Source: Candidatus Methylomirabilia bacterium
GTDB lineage: Bacteria; Methylomirabilota; Methylomirabilia; Rokubacteriales; CSP1-6
Direction of reading: 5' to 3'
Length of the DNA stretch: 64,000 nucleotides
Assembly: GCA_041497115.1 (NCBI GenBank)
Contig: JBGQFW010000006.1
Span: forward strand, 5,698-69,697
Both the position numbers and the translations under genes were made by a program. Every line of letters begins with the position of its first letter. Position 1 is the first letter of the stretch. This document shows positions 29,797 through 39,589 of the stretch, in pieces. The notes under the pieces are model-generated. The model did no database searches. It saw only the letters and a program-made list of their open reading frames with translations, and had not been told where the DNA came from.

Positions 29797-31326
29797 CTAC
29801 GAGGCGGCTCCGCCCGCGAGCTTCCGCCACCGCCGCCGCGTGAACACGACGTCGACGAACCACTTCGCGTAGCGGGTCTCCTCCGTCCCGGTGACGACGG
29901 CCCGCACCAGCGCCCGCACGACCCGCCACGGGCGCAGGCAGAAGGACAGCACGTAGAAGCTCGCGAACATCGACAGCATCGTCCAGTAGAGCCGGCGCGT
30001 GGACACACGGTCGGCGTAGGACGGCGCCTTGGCCGTGTAGAAATCCATCGGGGAGACGAAGAACGCGTCGTCGAGCTCGATCTTGCCCTCGCGCTGCAGC
30101 CGCCGGAACAGCTCGGACCCCGGGTACGGCACGAACTTGGAGACCGCGATGTCGTGCACGCCCAGGCGGGCGAGCGTGAGGACCAGCCCGAGCGACTGGC
30201 GCAGGGTGGCCGGCGTGTCGTCGGGGAAGCCGATCACGATGAAGCACGAGAGCTTGAGCCCGCGGCGGACGGCCGCGCGCACGGCGTCCTTCATGTGGTC
30301 GAGGTCCACCTGCTTCTTGACGATCTTGAGGATCTCCGGCGAGCCGCTCTCCGGCGCGAACGCCAGCGCCCGGCACCCCGACCGGTAGAGGAGGTCGGCC
30401 ACCTCGGCGTCGAAGACCTCGGCGCGCGTGCCGATCGGCATCTGCCAGGTGATGCCGAGGTTGCGCGCGATGAGCTCGCGGCAGAAGTCGACCACCCACT
30501 GCCGCTTCACGATCGCGGTGAGGTCCTGGAAGTCGAAGTTCGTCGTCCCGTACTCGCGGAGGTACCCCTCCATCTCGTCGGCGAGCCGCTGCGGGTTGCG
30601 GGCGATCCACCGCTGCGTCCACATGCCGGGATTCGAGCAGAACGTGCACTGGAACGGGCACCCGCGGGTGCCCAGGATCGGCATCGAGCGGCCGAGGTTG
30701 ACGCCGTTGGTCTGGTGGCGGTCGATGTACTCGCGGATCGGGAACGACGCCCAGTCGGGCACCGGGATCGCGTCCACGTCGCGCCGGCGGGCCGACAACC
30801 CGGTCTTCACGACGCCGCCGCCCTCGCGGAACGCGATCCCCTTCACGCTCCCCAGCGGCCGCCCGTCGGCGTGGGCGCGCAGCAGCTCGACGAACGTCTC
30901 CTCGCCCTCCCCCAGCACCACGACGTCGAAGGGGCTGACGCCGAGCACGTGGTCGGGCACGGCGGTGCCGTGCTCGCCGCCCAGCACCATCAGGACGTGC
31001 GGGAACTTCTCGCGCACCGCATGCGCCACGCGGTTGGTCACCGGCCAGAGCGTGCTGAACATGCAGGTGATGCCGACCACGCGCGTGTCGGGGTGGATGC
31101 GTCGGACTACCTCGCCGAGGGGCAGCCCCTGCACCATGAAGTCGCCCCGGTCGGGATAGGTCGAGACCTCGTCGAGGGCCTCCCCGGTGGCGTCGATCAC
31201 CCGGTACGGGAGGCCGACCGCCTTGAGCGTGCCGGCGATGTAGGCCAGCCCCAGGGGCGGGTTCGGCGTGTGCATCTGAAGACCGGAAAAGCTCTTGATT
31301 CCTGGGGGATTGATGAGGGTGATCAT
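29797..31326 (-). CDS. B12-binding-domain radical SAM enzyme (class B)
   Basis: 509 aa. It has an N-terminal cobalamin-binding-like domain and the canonical GTRGCPFQCTFC (CX3CX2C) motif. The C-terminus contains a hydrophobic segment. Confidence 0.9.
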   Translation of the reverse strand: MITLINPPGIKSFSGLQMHTPNPPLGLAYIAGTLKAVGLPYRVIDATGEALDEVSTYPDRGDFMVQGLPLGEVVRRIHPDTRVVGITCMFSTLWPVTNRVAHAVREKFPHVLMVLGGEHGTAVPDHVLGVSPFDVVVLGEGEETFVELLRAHADGRPLGSVKGIAFREGGGVVKTGLSARRRDVDAIPVPDWASFPIREYIDRHQTNGVNLGRSMPILGTRGCPFQCTFCSNPGMWTQRWIARNPQRLADEMEGYLREYGTTNFDFQDLTAIVKRQWVVDFCRELIARNLGITWQMPIGTRAEVFDAEVADLLYRSGCRALAFAPESGSPEILKIVKKQVDLDHMKDAVRAAVRRGLKLSCFIVIGFPDDTPATLRQSLGLVLTLARLGVHDIAVSKFVPYPGSELFRRLQREGKIELDDAFFVSPMDFYTAKAPSYADRVSTRRLYWTMLSMFASFYVLSFCLRPWRVVRALVRAVVTGTEETRYAKWFVDVVFTRRRWRKLAGGAAS

Positions 31327-31369
31327 GCGAAAGCCCGTCCGCTAAATCTGGCTGATACACGCCGATAAG

Positions 31370-32032
31370 TCAAGGTTGCGGACCGCTCGCACGCTTCGTG
31401 GCGACCGCCAGGTACCCGGTGGTGAAGCTCGACAGGAACGCCGAGCGCCGCACCCGGGCGAGCCGATCGAGGCGCACCAGGACCCCGCCCAGCGGCAGGG
31501 TGCAGCCGGCCAGCGCCCAGCGCAGCGGCCGGGAGCCCACGTGGGCCGTCGCCTGACGCAGCATGTTGGCCAGCGCGGTGAAGAACCGCCCCTGCGCCAC
31601 CACCTCGCGCACCGCCAGGCCGGCCTGCTCGAGCAGCTCGCGCAGGCGCGCCTCGGTGAAGCGATGGCGGTCGGCGGCGGCATCGGCGCGATGCAGGAAG
31701 GGCACCGAGACGAGCGCGAGGCCGCCGGCGCGCAGCACGCGCGCCAGCTCGGCCACCGCCCGCTCCGGGGCCTCGACGTACTCCAGCGTCTCCAGGCACA
31801 GCACCCAGTCCACCGCGCCCGCGCGCAGCGGCAGCGCCTGGGCGTCGGCGACCACGGTGGGCCGCTCGCGCGGGTCCAGATTGACGCGGGTCGTCCCGGC
31901 GGGAGCGCGGAAGCGGCCGCGCGGCCGCCGTCGCCCGCCGACGTCCAGCCCCCGGCCGCCGAGACCGGCGGCGACGCGCGCCAGCTCGGCGTCGAGCAGC
32001 ATCCGGCGATAGCTGGTCCCCAGCTCTGTCAT
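31370..32032 (-). CDS. class I SAM-dependent methyltransferase
   Basis: ATG at 32032 overlaps the upstream stop (ATGA). 220 aa, with DWVLCLETLEYV and LARVLRAGGLALVSVP. Confidence 0.7.
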   Translation of the reverse strand: MTELGTSYRRMLLDAELARVAAGLGGRGLDVGGRRRPRGRFRAPAGTTRVNLDPRERPTVVADAQALPLRAGAVDWVLCLETLEYVEAPERAVAELARVLRAGGLALVSVPFLHRADAAADRHRFTEARLRELLEQAGLAVREVVAQGRFFTALANMLRQATAHVGSRPLRWALAGCTLPLGGVLVRLDRLARVRRSAFLSSFTTGYLAVATKRASGPQP

Positions 32033-33141
32033 CGGCCTCCGGCCAGCCCGCGCACGAGCGCGATCTCGGAGGCCACCAGCCGCTCGAGATCGTAGGACGC
32101 CACCACGGCGGCGCGGGCGCGCTCGCCCAGCGCGCGGGCGCGCTCGGCGTGCGTGAGCACCTCGGCCAGCCGCTCGGCCAGCCGCGCGTGATCGGTGGGC
32201 GGGACGAGCAGGCCGGTGTCGCCGTCGGCCAGGATCGCGCGGTTGCCGCCCACGTCGGAGGCCACGCACGGCAGGCCGCAGGCCATCGCCTCCAGCAGCA
32301 CCTTGGGATGCCCCTCGGTGAACGAGGGCAGGACGAACACGTCGGCGCCGCCGAAGACCTCGGGCAGGCGGCGGTGGTCCACGAACGGCCGCACCTCGAG
32401 CGCCACGCCGAGCGCGCGGGCGCGCGCCTCGAGTGCCGGGCGCTCGGGCCCCTCACCGACGAAGAGGACGCCGGCCGCCACGCGGCCGCGCAGCCGCGCC
32501 GCCGCCTCCAGCACCGCGCCCAGGTTCTTCTCGGCCGACAGCCGGCCCACGTAGAGGATGCGGCGCGGCTCCGCCGCGGCGCGCGCGGCGGGATGAAAGA
32601 GCCTGGTGTCCACGCCGTTGGGGATCAGGTGAACCTTGGCCGGATCGGTGCGCGCGCCGACGTGCGCGGCCAGCTCGGCCGTCGTCACGATCACCGCCGA
32701 GGCGGCGGCCAGGCCGAGCCGCTCGACCGCCAAGCGGAGCAGCGCGGTGGCGCGCGAGCGCGCGAGACGGCCGTACCAGAAGCCGTAGGTGACGGCGAAC
32801 GGCGTGCCCCAGCGGCGGCGGGCCACCACCGCCGGCAGCGCGCCGGTGATCTGGAACACGCGCAGCGCCGCGCACGCCGAGAGCGCGCGCCCCGCCCGGA
32901 ACGGCAGGAGGAGCGTCTGTGCCCAGGGATGGCCGCGGCCGGGAATCAGCGTCACGCGGGCGAGCACCTCGGCGTCGCTGGTCCAGTCGCCCAGCCGCTC
33001 GTCGAGATAGCTGAAGTAGCGCACCTCGTCGAACGCGCGCGCGTACGGCTTGAGGTAGCCGTCGACGAGGCGCGAGTGCTGGCCGCTCTTGGCCAGCTCG
33101 CCGAGCCCGCCCCGGATGGCCGGCAGCAGCCCGACGATCAC
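32029..33141 (-). CDS. glycosyltransferase family 4
   Basis: GTG at 33141 overlaps the upstream stop (GTGA). 370 aa, with [10 protein letters not shown] and [23 protein letters not shown]. Confidence 0.85.
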   Translation of the reverse strand: MIVGLLPAIRGGLGELAKSGQHSRLVDGYLKPYARAFDEVRYFSYLDERLGDWTSDAEVLARVTLIPGRGHPWAQTLLLPFRAGRALSACAALRVFQITGALPAVVARRRWGTPFAVTYGFWYGRLARSRATALLRLAVERLGLAAASAVIVTTAELAAHVGARTDPAKVHLIPNGVDTRLFHPAARAAAEPRRILYVGRLSAEKNLGAVLEAAARLRGRVAAGVLFVGEGPERPALEARARALGVALEVRPFVDHRRLPEVFGGADVFVLPSFTEGHPKVLLEAMACGLPCVASDVGGNRAILADGDTGLLVPPTDHARLAERLAEVLTHAERARALGERARAAVVASYDLERLVASEIALVRGLAGGR

Positions 33142-34430
33142 GAGGCGGGCGTGGCGAGGGGCGCCCGGGCGGCGGCGTAGATCGCCAGCAGCCGCTCGAC
33201 GGTGTCGGCGGCGCCGAACCGCTCGGCCACGTGGCGACGGGCGCCCTCGCCGAGCGCGCCGCGCAGCCCCCGATCGGTCAGGATCCGCACGATCGCGTCG
33301 GCGAGCTGGCCGGGCGCGTTGCGCTCGACGAGCAGGCCGGTGCGCTCGTGGATCACCAGCTCCGGCGTGCCGCCCACCCGCGTGCCGATCACCGGGCAGC
33401 CCGCGGTCATCGCCTCCAGGATCACGCGGCTCAGCGCGTCGGGGATCACCGAGGGCACGACGGCGACGTCGGCGGCGCGGTAGAGCGGCAGCACGTCGCG
33501 GTTGGGCAGCGGCCCCAGCCGCCGCACGTGCGGGCCGCTCGGCGCGATCTCCCCTTCCCCCGCCAGCACGAACACCGCGTCGGGCACGCGCCGGATCACC
33601 GCGTCGGCCGCGGCGGCGAGATCCGGGCTGCCCTTGCCCGGCGACATCTTGCCGACGTAGAGCACGATCGGACGCCCGGTGAGTCCCAGCCGCGCGCGCA
33701 CCGCCGCGCCGTCCTCCGACGACGCCGCCGGCGGCGGCACGTTGTAGACGGTCTCGACGCGACGGACGCGCTCGAGCAGTCCCGAGCGGCGGTAGATGCC
33801 GAGGATCCCGTCGCTCACCCCGATGACGCCGTCGAGGCGGCCGAGCGCCCGCTGCTTGAGCCGGCTGTCGAGCCAGAAGTAGAGGAACGCCAGCTTGGCG
33901 CGCAGCCGCCGCCGCGGCCGCTTCACGTAGAGCGCCACGTACTCCTCCGCGCACTCGCGCCAGAGCTTGCGCACGCCGCAGTCCACCGGCATGCGATCCC
34001 CGTGGTGCAGGCACATCGGCGCCGCGTCGATGATGCTGCCGTCGCGAATGGTGAGGAACGCCGGCACCCCGGTGAGCCGCGCGGCGAGCACGGCGGGGAT
34101 GAGGCTCTGCTTGTTCTGGGCGTGGATCACCTCGGCCCGCTCGCGCCGGACGGTCCGCGCGACGGCGAGGCCGCCCCACAGGTAGGCGAGCGGATTGGCC
34201 AGCCACTTCGCCGAGGCCGGCGTGCGGCCGGGCGGCAGCCGCCGGGGAAACGGGTAGCGCACGACCAGGACGCCGTCGTCCTCCTCGCGGGCGGCCGCCC
34301 CCCAGTTGGGCGTGACGACGATCACGCGGTGGTCGCGGGCGGCCATCGCGCGGGCCAGCGCCTGCAGGCTCCACTCGGCGCCGCCGGGCGCCCACGGCGG
34401 GTAGTACTCGTTGACGAGACAGATCCTCAC
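33138..34430 (-). CDS. glycosyltransferase family 4
   Basis: GTG at 34430 overlaps the upstream stop (GTGA). 430 aa, with [27 protein letters not shown] and [22 protein letters not shown]. Confidence 0.85.
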   Translation of the reverse strand: MRICLVNEYYPPWAPGGAEWSLQALARAMAARDHRVIVVTPNWGAAAREEDDGVLVVRYPFPRRLPPGRTPASAKWLANPLAYLWGGLAVARTVRRERAEVIHAQNKQSLIPAVLAARLTGVPAFLTIRDGSIIDAAPMCLHHGDRMPVDCGVRKLWRECAEEYVALYVKRPRRRLRAKLAFLYFWLDSRLKQRALGRLDGVIGVSDGILGIYRRSGLLERVRRVETVYNVPPPAASSEDGAAVRARLGLTGRPIVLYVGKMSPGKGSPDLAAAADAVIRRVPDAVFVLAGEGEIAPSGPHVRRLGPLPNRDVLPLYRAADVAVVPSVIPDALSRVILEAMTAGCPVIGTRVGGTPELVIHERTGLLVERNAPGQLADAIVRILTDRGLRGALGEGARRHVAERFGAADTVERLLAIYAAARAPLATPAS

Positions 34431-35206
34431 CGCAACCGCTCCCCGACCTCGCGCACGGTGGCGAAGCCGCCGGCGGGCCGCCGCGCGAGCGTGCGCGCGA
34501 GCGCGTCCATCCCCTCCACCACCAGGTCGCGGTCGTGCAGCACGGCGACGCGCGCGTCGTCCACGAACGTCAGTCCCGGCACCGCGCCGAAGCGGCCGGC
34601 GTCGCGGCACGAGAGATAGCGCAGGCCGTGGTCCACCGCCATGCGCGCGGTGGCGGCGGTGAAGGCGTTGCCGGGAGGCACGAACGTCACCACGCGGGTC
34701 GCGAAATATTCCTCGAGGATCGCCTGCGCGCGGGCGAGGTGCTCGCGCTGCACAAGGTCGGGCACCTCGGGCAGGAACTCGCGATGCCAGCGGCGGTTGC
34801 CGGTGAACGCGCGCGGGCGGAAGGCGCGGCCGGCGAGCACGCAGTGCGTGTAGCCGTGGTTGGCGACCTCGAGCAGCCCGCGCGTCACCCCCCCGCGGAT
34901 CACCGACGCCGCCTCCCGAAACTTCTCGGGGAACGGCACCACGCGGCCGTCGCGCTCGACCCAGCCGGCGGTGATCGCCACCGTCAGCCGCGCCCCCGCC
35001 CCCTCCAGCAGCGCCAGCACGCGCTCCCACTCCGCCGCGCCGAGCTCGCGATACGGTCCCCAGCGCTTGATCGGCGGCAGGTACTTGAGGAAGAGGAAGT
35101 TGCCGGGGAACGGCAGCGGGCCCAGGCGCGTGCGGCCGTAGACCTCGAGCCGCTTGGAGGCGGCGCCCACGTCATCGAGCCGGAGCGCGACGCCTTCGCC
35201 ACTCAT
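34427..35206 (-). CDS. polysaccharide deacetylase-like (DUF2334-type) protein
   Basis: 259 aa, with [18 protein letters not shown] and VPPGNAF. The family assignment rests on motif resemblance only. Confidence 0.6.
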   Translation of the reverse strand: MSGEGVALRLDDVGAASKRLEVYGRTRLGPLPFPGNFLFLKYLPPIKRWGPYRELGAAEWERVLALLEGAGARLTVAITAGWVERDGRVVPFPEKFREAASVIRGGVTRGLLEVANHGYTHCVLAGRAFRPRAFTGNRRWHREFLPEVPDLVQREHLARAQAILEEYFATRVVTFVPPGNAFTAATARMAVDHGLRYLSCRDAGRFGAVPGLTFVDDARVAVLHDRDLVVEGMDALARTLARRPAGGFATVREVGERLR

Positions 35207-36401
35207 CCACCACGTCCTCGTAGATCTTCTTGGTCGCGCGCGCGCAGCGGTCCCACCGGAAGCGCGCCTCCACCCGCTCGCGGTTCAGCGCGCCGAGCTT
35301 CTGGCGCAGCGGCGCGTCGGCCAGCAGCTGGGCCAGCCGCCGCGCGGCGGTCTCGCGGTCGTCGGGATCGACGAGGACGCCGCCCTCGCCGTCCGCCAGC
35401 AGCTCGGGGAGCGAGCCGCGGTTGGAGGCGACGACGGGCAGCCCGCACGACATCGCCTCGGCCACGCTGAAGCCGAACCCCTCCAGCGACGACGGGAAGA
35501 ACAGCACGTCGGCGAGGTTGTAGTAGTCCACCTTCTCGCGCTCGGGGACATACCCGGTGAAGACCACGCGCCGCGCCTCCACCAGATCGGCGGCGCGGCG
35601 GCGGAGCGGCTCGAGCAGCGGGCCGGCGCCGCACACCAGCAGGCAGGCGTCCGGCCGCTCGGCGGCGACGAGGCGCCAGGTGTCGAGCAGGCCGAACAGG
35701 TTCTTGCGCGCCTTGAGCCCGCCGAGAAACAGCGCGACGGTCCGCCCCTCGAGCCCCCAGCGCCGGGCGAGCGGCGCCGGGCGCGGCCCCGGCGCGAAGC
35801 GCGCGTCCACGCCGTAGGGCACGACCGCGAACCGCTCGGCGGGCACGCCGAGCTCGGCCACCGCCTGGCGCACCGCGAACTCGCTGCCGACCACCACCCG
35901 CTCGACCGCGCGCATCACACGTCCCTCGATCAGCGGGTTGAGCCAGTGGGGATCGAGGTGGTGGTGGTGGGCGACGATCGGCACGTCGAGCCGGTAGCGG
36001 CGGCGGGCCAGCAGCGCGGCGGGGCCGATGTAGCGCAGCGAGTGGACGCGCAGGAAGTCGAACGGCGTCGCGTCCCACACGCGCTTGATCGCCGGCGGCA
36101 GCACGAGCGGCGCCACCGGCCACCGCAGCCCGCGGCCGATCGGCAGCCGGTGGATCGTCCAGTTGGCGACGCCGGCGGGGTAGCGCTTGTGGCGGGCCAG
36201 CAGGATGTCGAAGTGGACCCCGAGCGCGGCGACTCGCTGCAGGAGCTCGCGCTCGAACGTTTCCCCGCCCGACGTCGTCTCCGGATCGATGCCGCAGTGG
36301 GGGGAGCAGCCTCTCAGAGCGCGTATCCCAGGCGGCGCAGCACCGGCTCCTCGATGGCGGTGATCAGCGCCGCGTCCTCGGCGGCCAGCCGGGTGCGCCA
36401 C
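35172..36401 (-). CDS. glycosyltransferase family 4 (start codon uncertain)
   Basis: The GT4 core is clear (SGGETFEREL..., GGLKARKN, FPSSLEGFGFSVAEAMSCGLPVV). No ATG, GTG or TTG lies in frame between 36317 and about 36120. The nearest canonical start is GTG at 36401, an 88-nt overlap with the sulfotransferase. Confidence 0.75.
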   Translation of the reverse strand: MAHPAGRRGRGADHRHRGAGAAPPGIRALRGCSPHCGIDPETTSGGETFERELLQRVAALGVHFDILLARHKRYPAGVANWTIHRLPIGRGLRWPVAPLVLPPAIKRVWDATPFDFLRVHSLRYIGPAALLARRRYRLDVPIVAHHHHLDPHWLNPLIEGRVMRAVERVVVGSEFAVRQAVAELGVPAERFAVVPYGVDARFAPGPRPAPLARRWGLEGRTVALFLGGLKARKNLFGLLDTWRLVAAERPDACLLVCGAGPLLEPLRRRAADLVEARRVVFTGYVPEREKVDYYNLADVLFFPSSLEGFGFSVAEAMSCGLPVVASNRGSLPELLADGEGGVLVDPDDRETAARRLAQLLADAPLRQKLGALNRERVEARFRWDRCARATKKIYEDVVDEWRRRRAPAR

Positions 36402-37288
36402 TTCTCGTTGCGGTTCTCGAGCCGCTCCGGCACGCGGGCCATGATCTCGGGCGACACCGGCAGCCCGGCGAAGCTGAACAGCGTCTCCAGCGTGCCGCGC
36501 GGGTCCTGACAGAGCGTCTCGTAGCGCACGTGCAGCACCGGGAGCCGCAGCCGCTCCTCCACCTCGAACGCGTAGGCGAGCGCGTCGCGCCACTGCAGCG
36601 CATGCTGCTCGAGCGGGTTGTCGCGCAGGAGCTCGCGCCAGCGCGGGGGCTTGACGCCGGGAAACGGGTCCTCGCGCTCGCGCCACGGCTTGAAGCGGTC
36701 CTCCGGCTCGCCGGGCTGGGCGTGGCCCCAGATGAGCGAGTGCACCACCGCGCGGCCGTCGCGGATGATGTGCACGAACACCGCGTCGGGGAAGACGGCC
36801 TTGAGGAAATCCAGCCGCACCGTGTTGTTGGGGCTCTTGTTCAGCACGCGCGGCTTGCCCTCCCGCCACGCCTGGAACGCGAACCGCCGGTGCAGCCGCT
36901 CGATCTCGGCGGGCGTGGCGTCGGCGGCGGAGCGGACGTAGTCGCCGTTGGCGTAGTCGAAGTAGCCGTGCGGCTGGAGGATCGGGTTCGCCTCGGAGAG
37001 GTTGGCCAGGTCCGGGTGCGTCGCGGCGAGGTGCATGGAGATCGTCGTCCCCGAGTGCGGCATGCCGTACATCAGCACGGGCCGCTCGGCCCGGGCGTCG
37101 CGGCCGGCGGTGCGGCGCCAGAGCTCGTAGCGGAGCTCGTAGGCGAGCGTCTTGGCCGCGCGCGCCGGGAACTTCACGAACCAGCCGGCGGTGCCGAAGT
37201 CGCGAGTGAGCACGCGCGGGTCCACCTCGTTCAGCCGCGTGCGGTTGCCGAGCATCTCTTGCAGCCGGAGCTCCGTCATCCTCGCCAC
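36314..37288 (-). CDS. PAPS-dependent sulfotransferase
   Basis: 324 aa. It has a 5'-PSB-like motif MPHSGTT and a 3'-PB-like segment VHIIRDGRAVVHS. Confidence 0.8.
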   Translation of the reverse strand: MARMTELRLQEMLGNRTRLNEVDPRVLTRDFGTAGWFVKFPARAAKTLAYELRYELWRRTAGRDARAERPVLMYGMPHSGTTISMHLAATHPDLANLSEANPILQPHGYFDYANGDYVRSAADATPAEIERLHRRFAFQAWREGKPRVLNKSPNNTVRLDFLKAVFPDAVFVHIIRDGRAVVHSLIWGHAQPGEPEDRFKPWREREDPFPGVKPPRWRELLRDNPLEQHALQWRDALAYAFEVEERLRLPVLHVRYETLCQDPRGTLETLFSFAGLPVSPEIMARVPERLENRNEKWRTRLAAEDAALITAIEEPVLRRLGYAL

Positions 37289-37312
37289 GCCGTCACCTCG
37301 TCGTCGCTCATT

Positions 37313-38083
37313 CTAGCCGTGGGACGCCACGATCTCGATGTTCGGGTTCACGCCCGCCGCGCGGTAGTAGAGGCGCACCAGCGGCCACAGCGGGCCGCCC
37401 ACCCGGCGCGGCTCGCGATCCTCCAGCACGCGCAGGACGCGGCCCCCCGCCGCCGTGACGAGCGCCCGCGTCTCGCCGAGCGTGAGCGGGCGGAGCGTGT
37501 CCAGGAACGCGGCCGGGCGGCCGCGGGCGCTCACCCAGGCGCGCGCCGCCCACCGGGGCAGCCCGGGGATCCAGAAGATCTTGTAGTGGCCCTCCTGGCA
37601 GGAGAAGCGGTGCGGCGCGTGGAGGTAGAGCGCGCCGTGCGGCCGGAGCACCCGCAGCATCTCGCCGACCGCGCGGCCGGCGTCGGCGACGTGCTCGAGC
37701 GTCGAGTAGCAGTGCACGACGTCGAAGGCGCCGCGCGCGAACGGCAGCGCCTCGGCGACGGCCCGCGCCACGCGCGACGGTCCCAGCCGCCGTCCGGCGA
37801 TCGCCGTCGCCTCGCCGGAGGCGTCCACACCCCATACCGCGGCGCCGGCCGCGCCGGCGGCGGCGGCGAAGCCGCCGGTGCCGCAGCCGACGTCGAGCAG
37901 CCGCAGGCCGCGCAGCGGGCGACCCAGCGCTTGTTGCAGCCGCGCCACCCGTCCGCGCTCCTGGGCGCCGTCGTCGAGGCGCGCCGTCACGTGCTCGCGC
38001 CAGCCGGGAATGCCGAGCGTGTCGCGGTAGTAGCGCGTGTAGTACGCCTCCAGCGCCGCCCGCACGTCCCCCCCGCCCGTCAC
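37313..38083 (-). CDS. class I SAM-dependent methyltransferase
   Basis: GTG at 38083 overlaps the upstream stop (GTGA). 256 aa, with LLDVGCGTGG and LRVLRPHGALYLHAP. Confidence 0.8.
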   Translation of the reverse strand: MTGGGDVRAALEAYYTRYYRDTLGIPGWREHVTARLDDGAQERGRVARLQQALGRPLRGLRLLDVGCGTGGFAAAAGAAGAAVWGVDASGEATAIAGRRLGPSRVARAVAEALPFARGAFDVVHCYSTLEHVADAGRAVGEMLRVLRPHGALYLHAPHRFSCQEGHYKIFWIPGLPRWAARAWVSARGRPAAFLDTLRPLTLGETRALVTAAGGRVLRVLEDREPRRVGGPLWPLVRLYYRAAGVNPNIEIVASHG

Positions 38084-39117
38084 ACCGCCACCTCCCGCCC
38101 GAGCGCGGCCGCCGCCACGCGACGGGCGCCGCGGCCGTCCACCAGCCGCTGGCCGGCCCCGCTCATCGCGCGGCGGGTGGCGGCGTCTCCGAGCAGCGCG
38201 GCCAGCGCCTCGGCCAGCCGCACGGCGAAGTCGGCGGCGTCGGGCGACGGCAGCGCGCGCACGGCGCCGCCGGCCGCGAAGCCCGCGAGGTTCGCGCGCT
38301 GATTGTCGGCCACGGCGGTGGCGAGGGCGGGGCATCCCGCCCACGCCAGCTCGAGGAGCGTGAGACCGGCGGCGGTCACCGCCAGGTCGGCCTCGAGGAA
38401 CAACGAGCACACGTCCGGCGGGTCGTGGCGCACGCGCACCGTCCGGCGGCAGCGGCCGGCCGCCGTCGCCGCCGGCGCCGGATCGGCGAACGGCCCGACG
38501 AGCGCGTCGACGACGAAATCGCCGGGCGCGGCGTCGAGCGCGGCCAGCAGCGGGGCGAGCACCCCCGGCACCTCGCCGCCCCCGAGGGTGACCACGACGG
38601 CGGCGACGCGCTCGCGCAGCCGGCGCTCGGGCCGCGTCCAGCACTGCGGGCGCAGCGGCGCGTACGCCGGGCCGAGGAGGAACCGTGTGTCACCGTGACG
38701 CGAGCGGTGCGGCCGCTCGGCGGCGCCCGGCGCGGGATCGACCACCACGTGGCACGGCGACGGCGTCGCGGCCAGATCGTCGAACGCGACCAGTGTCAGG
38801 CCGGTCGCCCGCAACCGCTCCAGCGCGTCGTCGCTGGCGCGATAGCTGTCGATCACGAGGGTGGCGGCGCCCGTCGCGCCGGCGGCGGCGCACAGCCGCT
38901 CGAGCGCCGGCGCGTCCCACGCCGGCCAGCCGTCGATCGTCACCGCCGTCCGGCCGGCCGCCTCCACGCGCGTGCGGAAGGGGCCGGCGGCGGGCGCGGC
39001 CACCGACGCCAACGCGCCCTCCGCCTCGAGCGCGGCCGCCAGCGCGAGCGCGCGGCCGAGATGGCCCAGCCCGATGTCGGGGCCGCCGTCGGCGGCGAGG
39101 AGGACGCGCTCAGCCAT
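38080..39117 (-). CDS. pseG: PseG-like UDP-2,4-diacetamido-2,4,6-trideoxyhexose hydrolase
   Basis: 345 aa. It has ADGGPDIGLGHLGRALALA at the N-terminus and a GT-B-like C-terminal half. It sits adjacent to the GNAT and NeuB homologs. Confidence 0.7.
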   Translation of the reverse strand: MAERVLLAADGGPDIGLGHLGRALALAAALEAEGALASVAAPAAGPFRTRVEAAGRTAVTIDGWPAWDAPALERLCAAAGATGAATLVIDSYRASDDALERLRATGLTLVAFDDLAATPSPCHVVVDPAPGAAERPHRSRHGDTRFLLGPAYAPLRPQCWTRPERRLRERVAAVVVTLGGGEVPGVLAPLLAALDAAPGDFVVDALVGPFADPAPAATAAGRCRRTVRVRHDPPDVCSLFLEADLAVTAAGLTLLELAWAGCPALATAVADNQRANLAGFAAGGAVRALPSPDAADFAVRLAEALAALLGDAATRRAMSGAGQRLVDGRGARRVAAAALGREVAV

Positions 39118-39589
39118 CGCGCCAGGCCATCGCCGTCGCGGTCGCGCCGCCGACGCGGCGCTCGCCGGCCGCCACGAAGCCGGCGCGCTCGAAGGCCGTC
39201 CGCGACCGGGGGTTGTCGGCGCGCACGAGGGCGACCACCGGCGCGCGGCGGCCGGCGGCGCGGAACGCCGCGACCGCCGCGCGCAGCGCCGCCGGTCCGA
39301 GCCCGTGGCCGCGCGCCTCGGGGGCAAGCGCCACGCTCACGAGCGCCTCGCCGGCGGCGGCGTCGAAGCGCACGTAGCCGACGTCGGCGCCGCCCTCGGC
39401 GGCGATCATGTAGATCGGCGCCGTCTCGTCGGTGAGCCGCGCCGCCAGCCAGCGCTCGTGGCGGTCGAAGGCGATCGGCTCGGCGCTGAACGACACGCGG
39501 CGGACGGTCTCCTCGTTTCTCAGCTCCCAGAGCCGCCGCGCGTCCGCGGCGGTCGCCCGGCGCAGCGACACGGCGGACGCCTCACGCAT
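39110..39589 (-). CDS. GNAT N-acetyltransferase (PseH-like by position)
   Basis: 159 aa. It has the GNAT motif A region (RGHGLGPAAL) and ...NPRSRTAFERAGF. It lies between the pseG-like and neuB-like genes. Confidence 0.7.
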   Translation of the reverse strand: MREASAVSLRRATAADARRLWELRNEETVRRVSFSAEPIAFDRHERWLAARLTDETAPIYMIAAEGGADVGYVRFDAAAGEALVSVALAPEARGHGLGPAALRAAVAAFRAAGRRAPVVALVRADNPRSRTAFERAGFVAAGERRVGGATATAMAWRDG

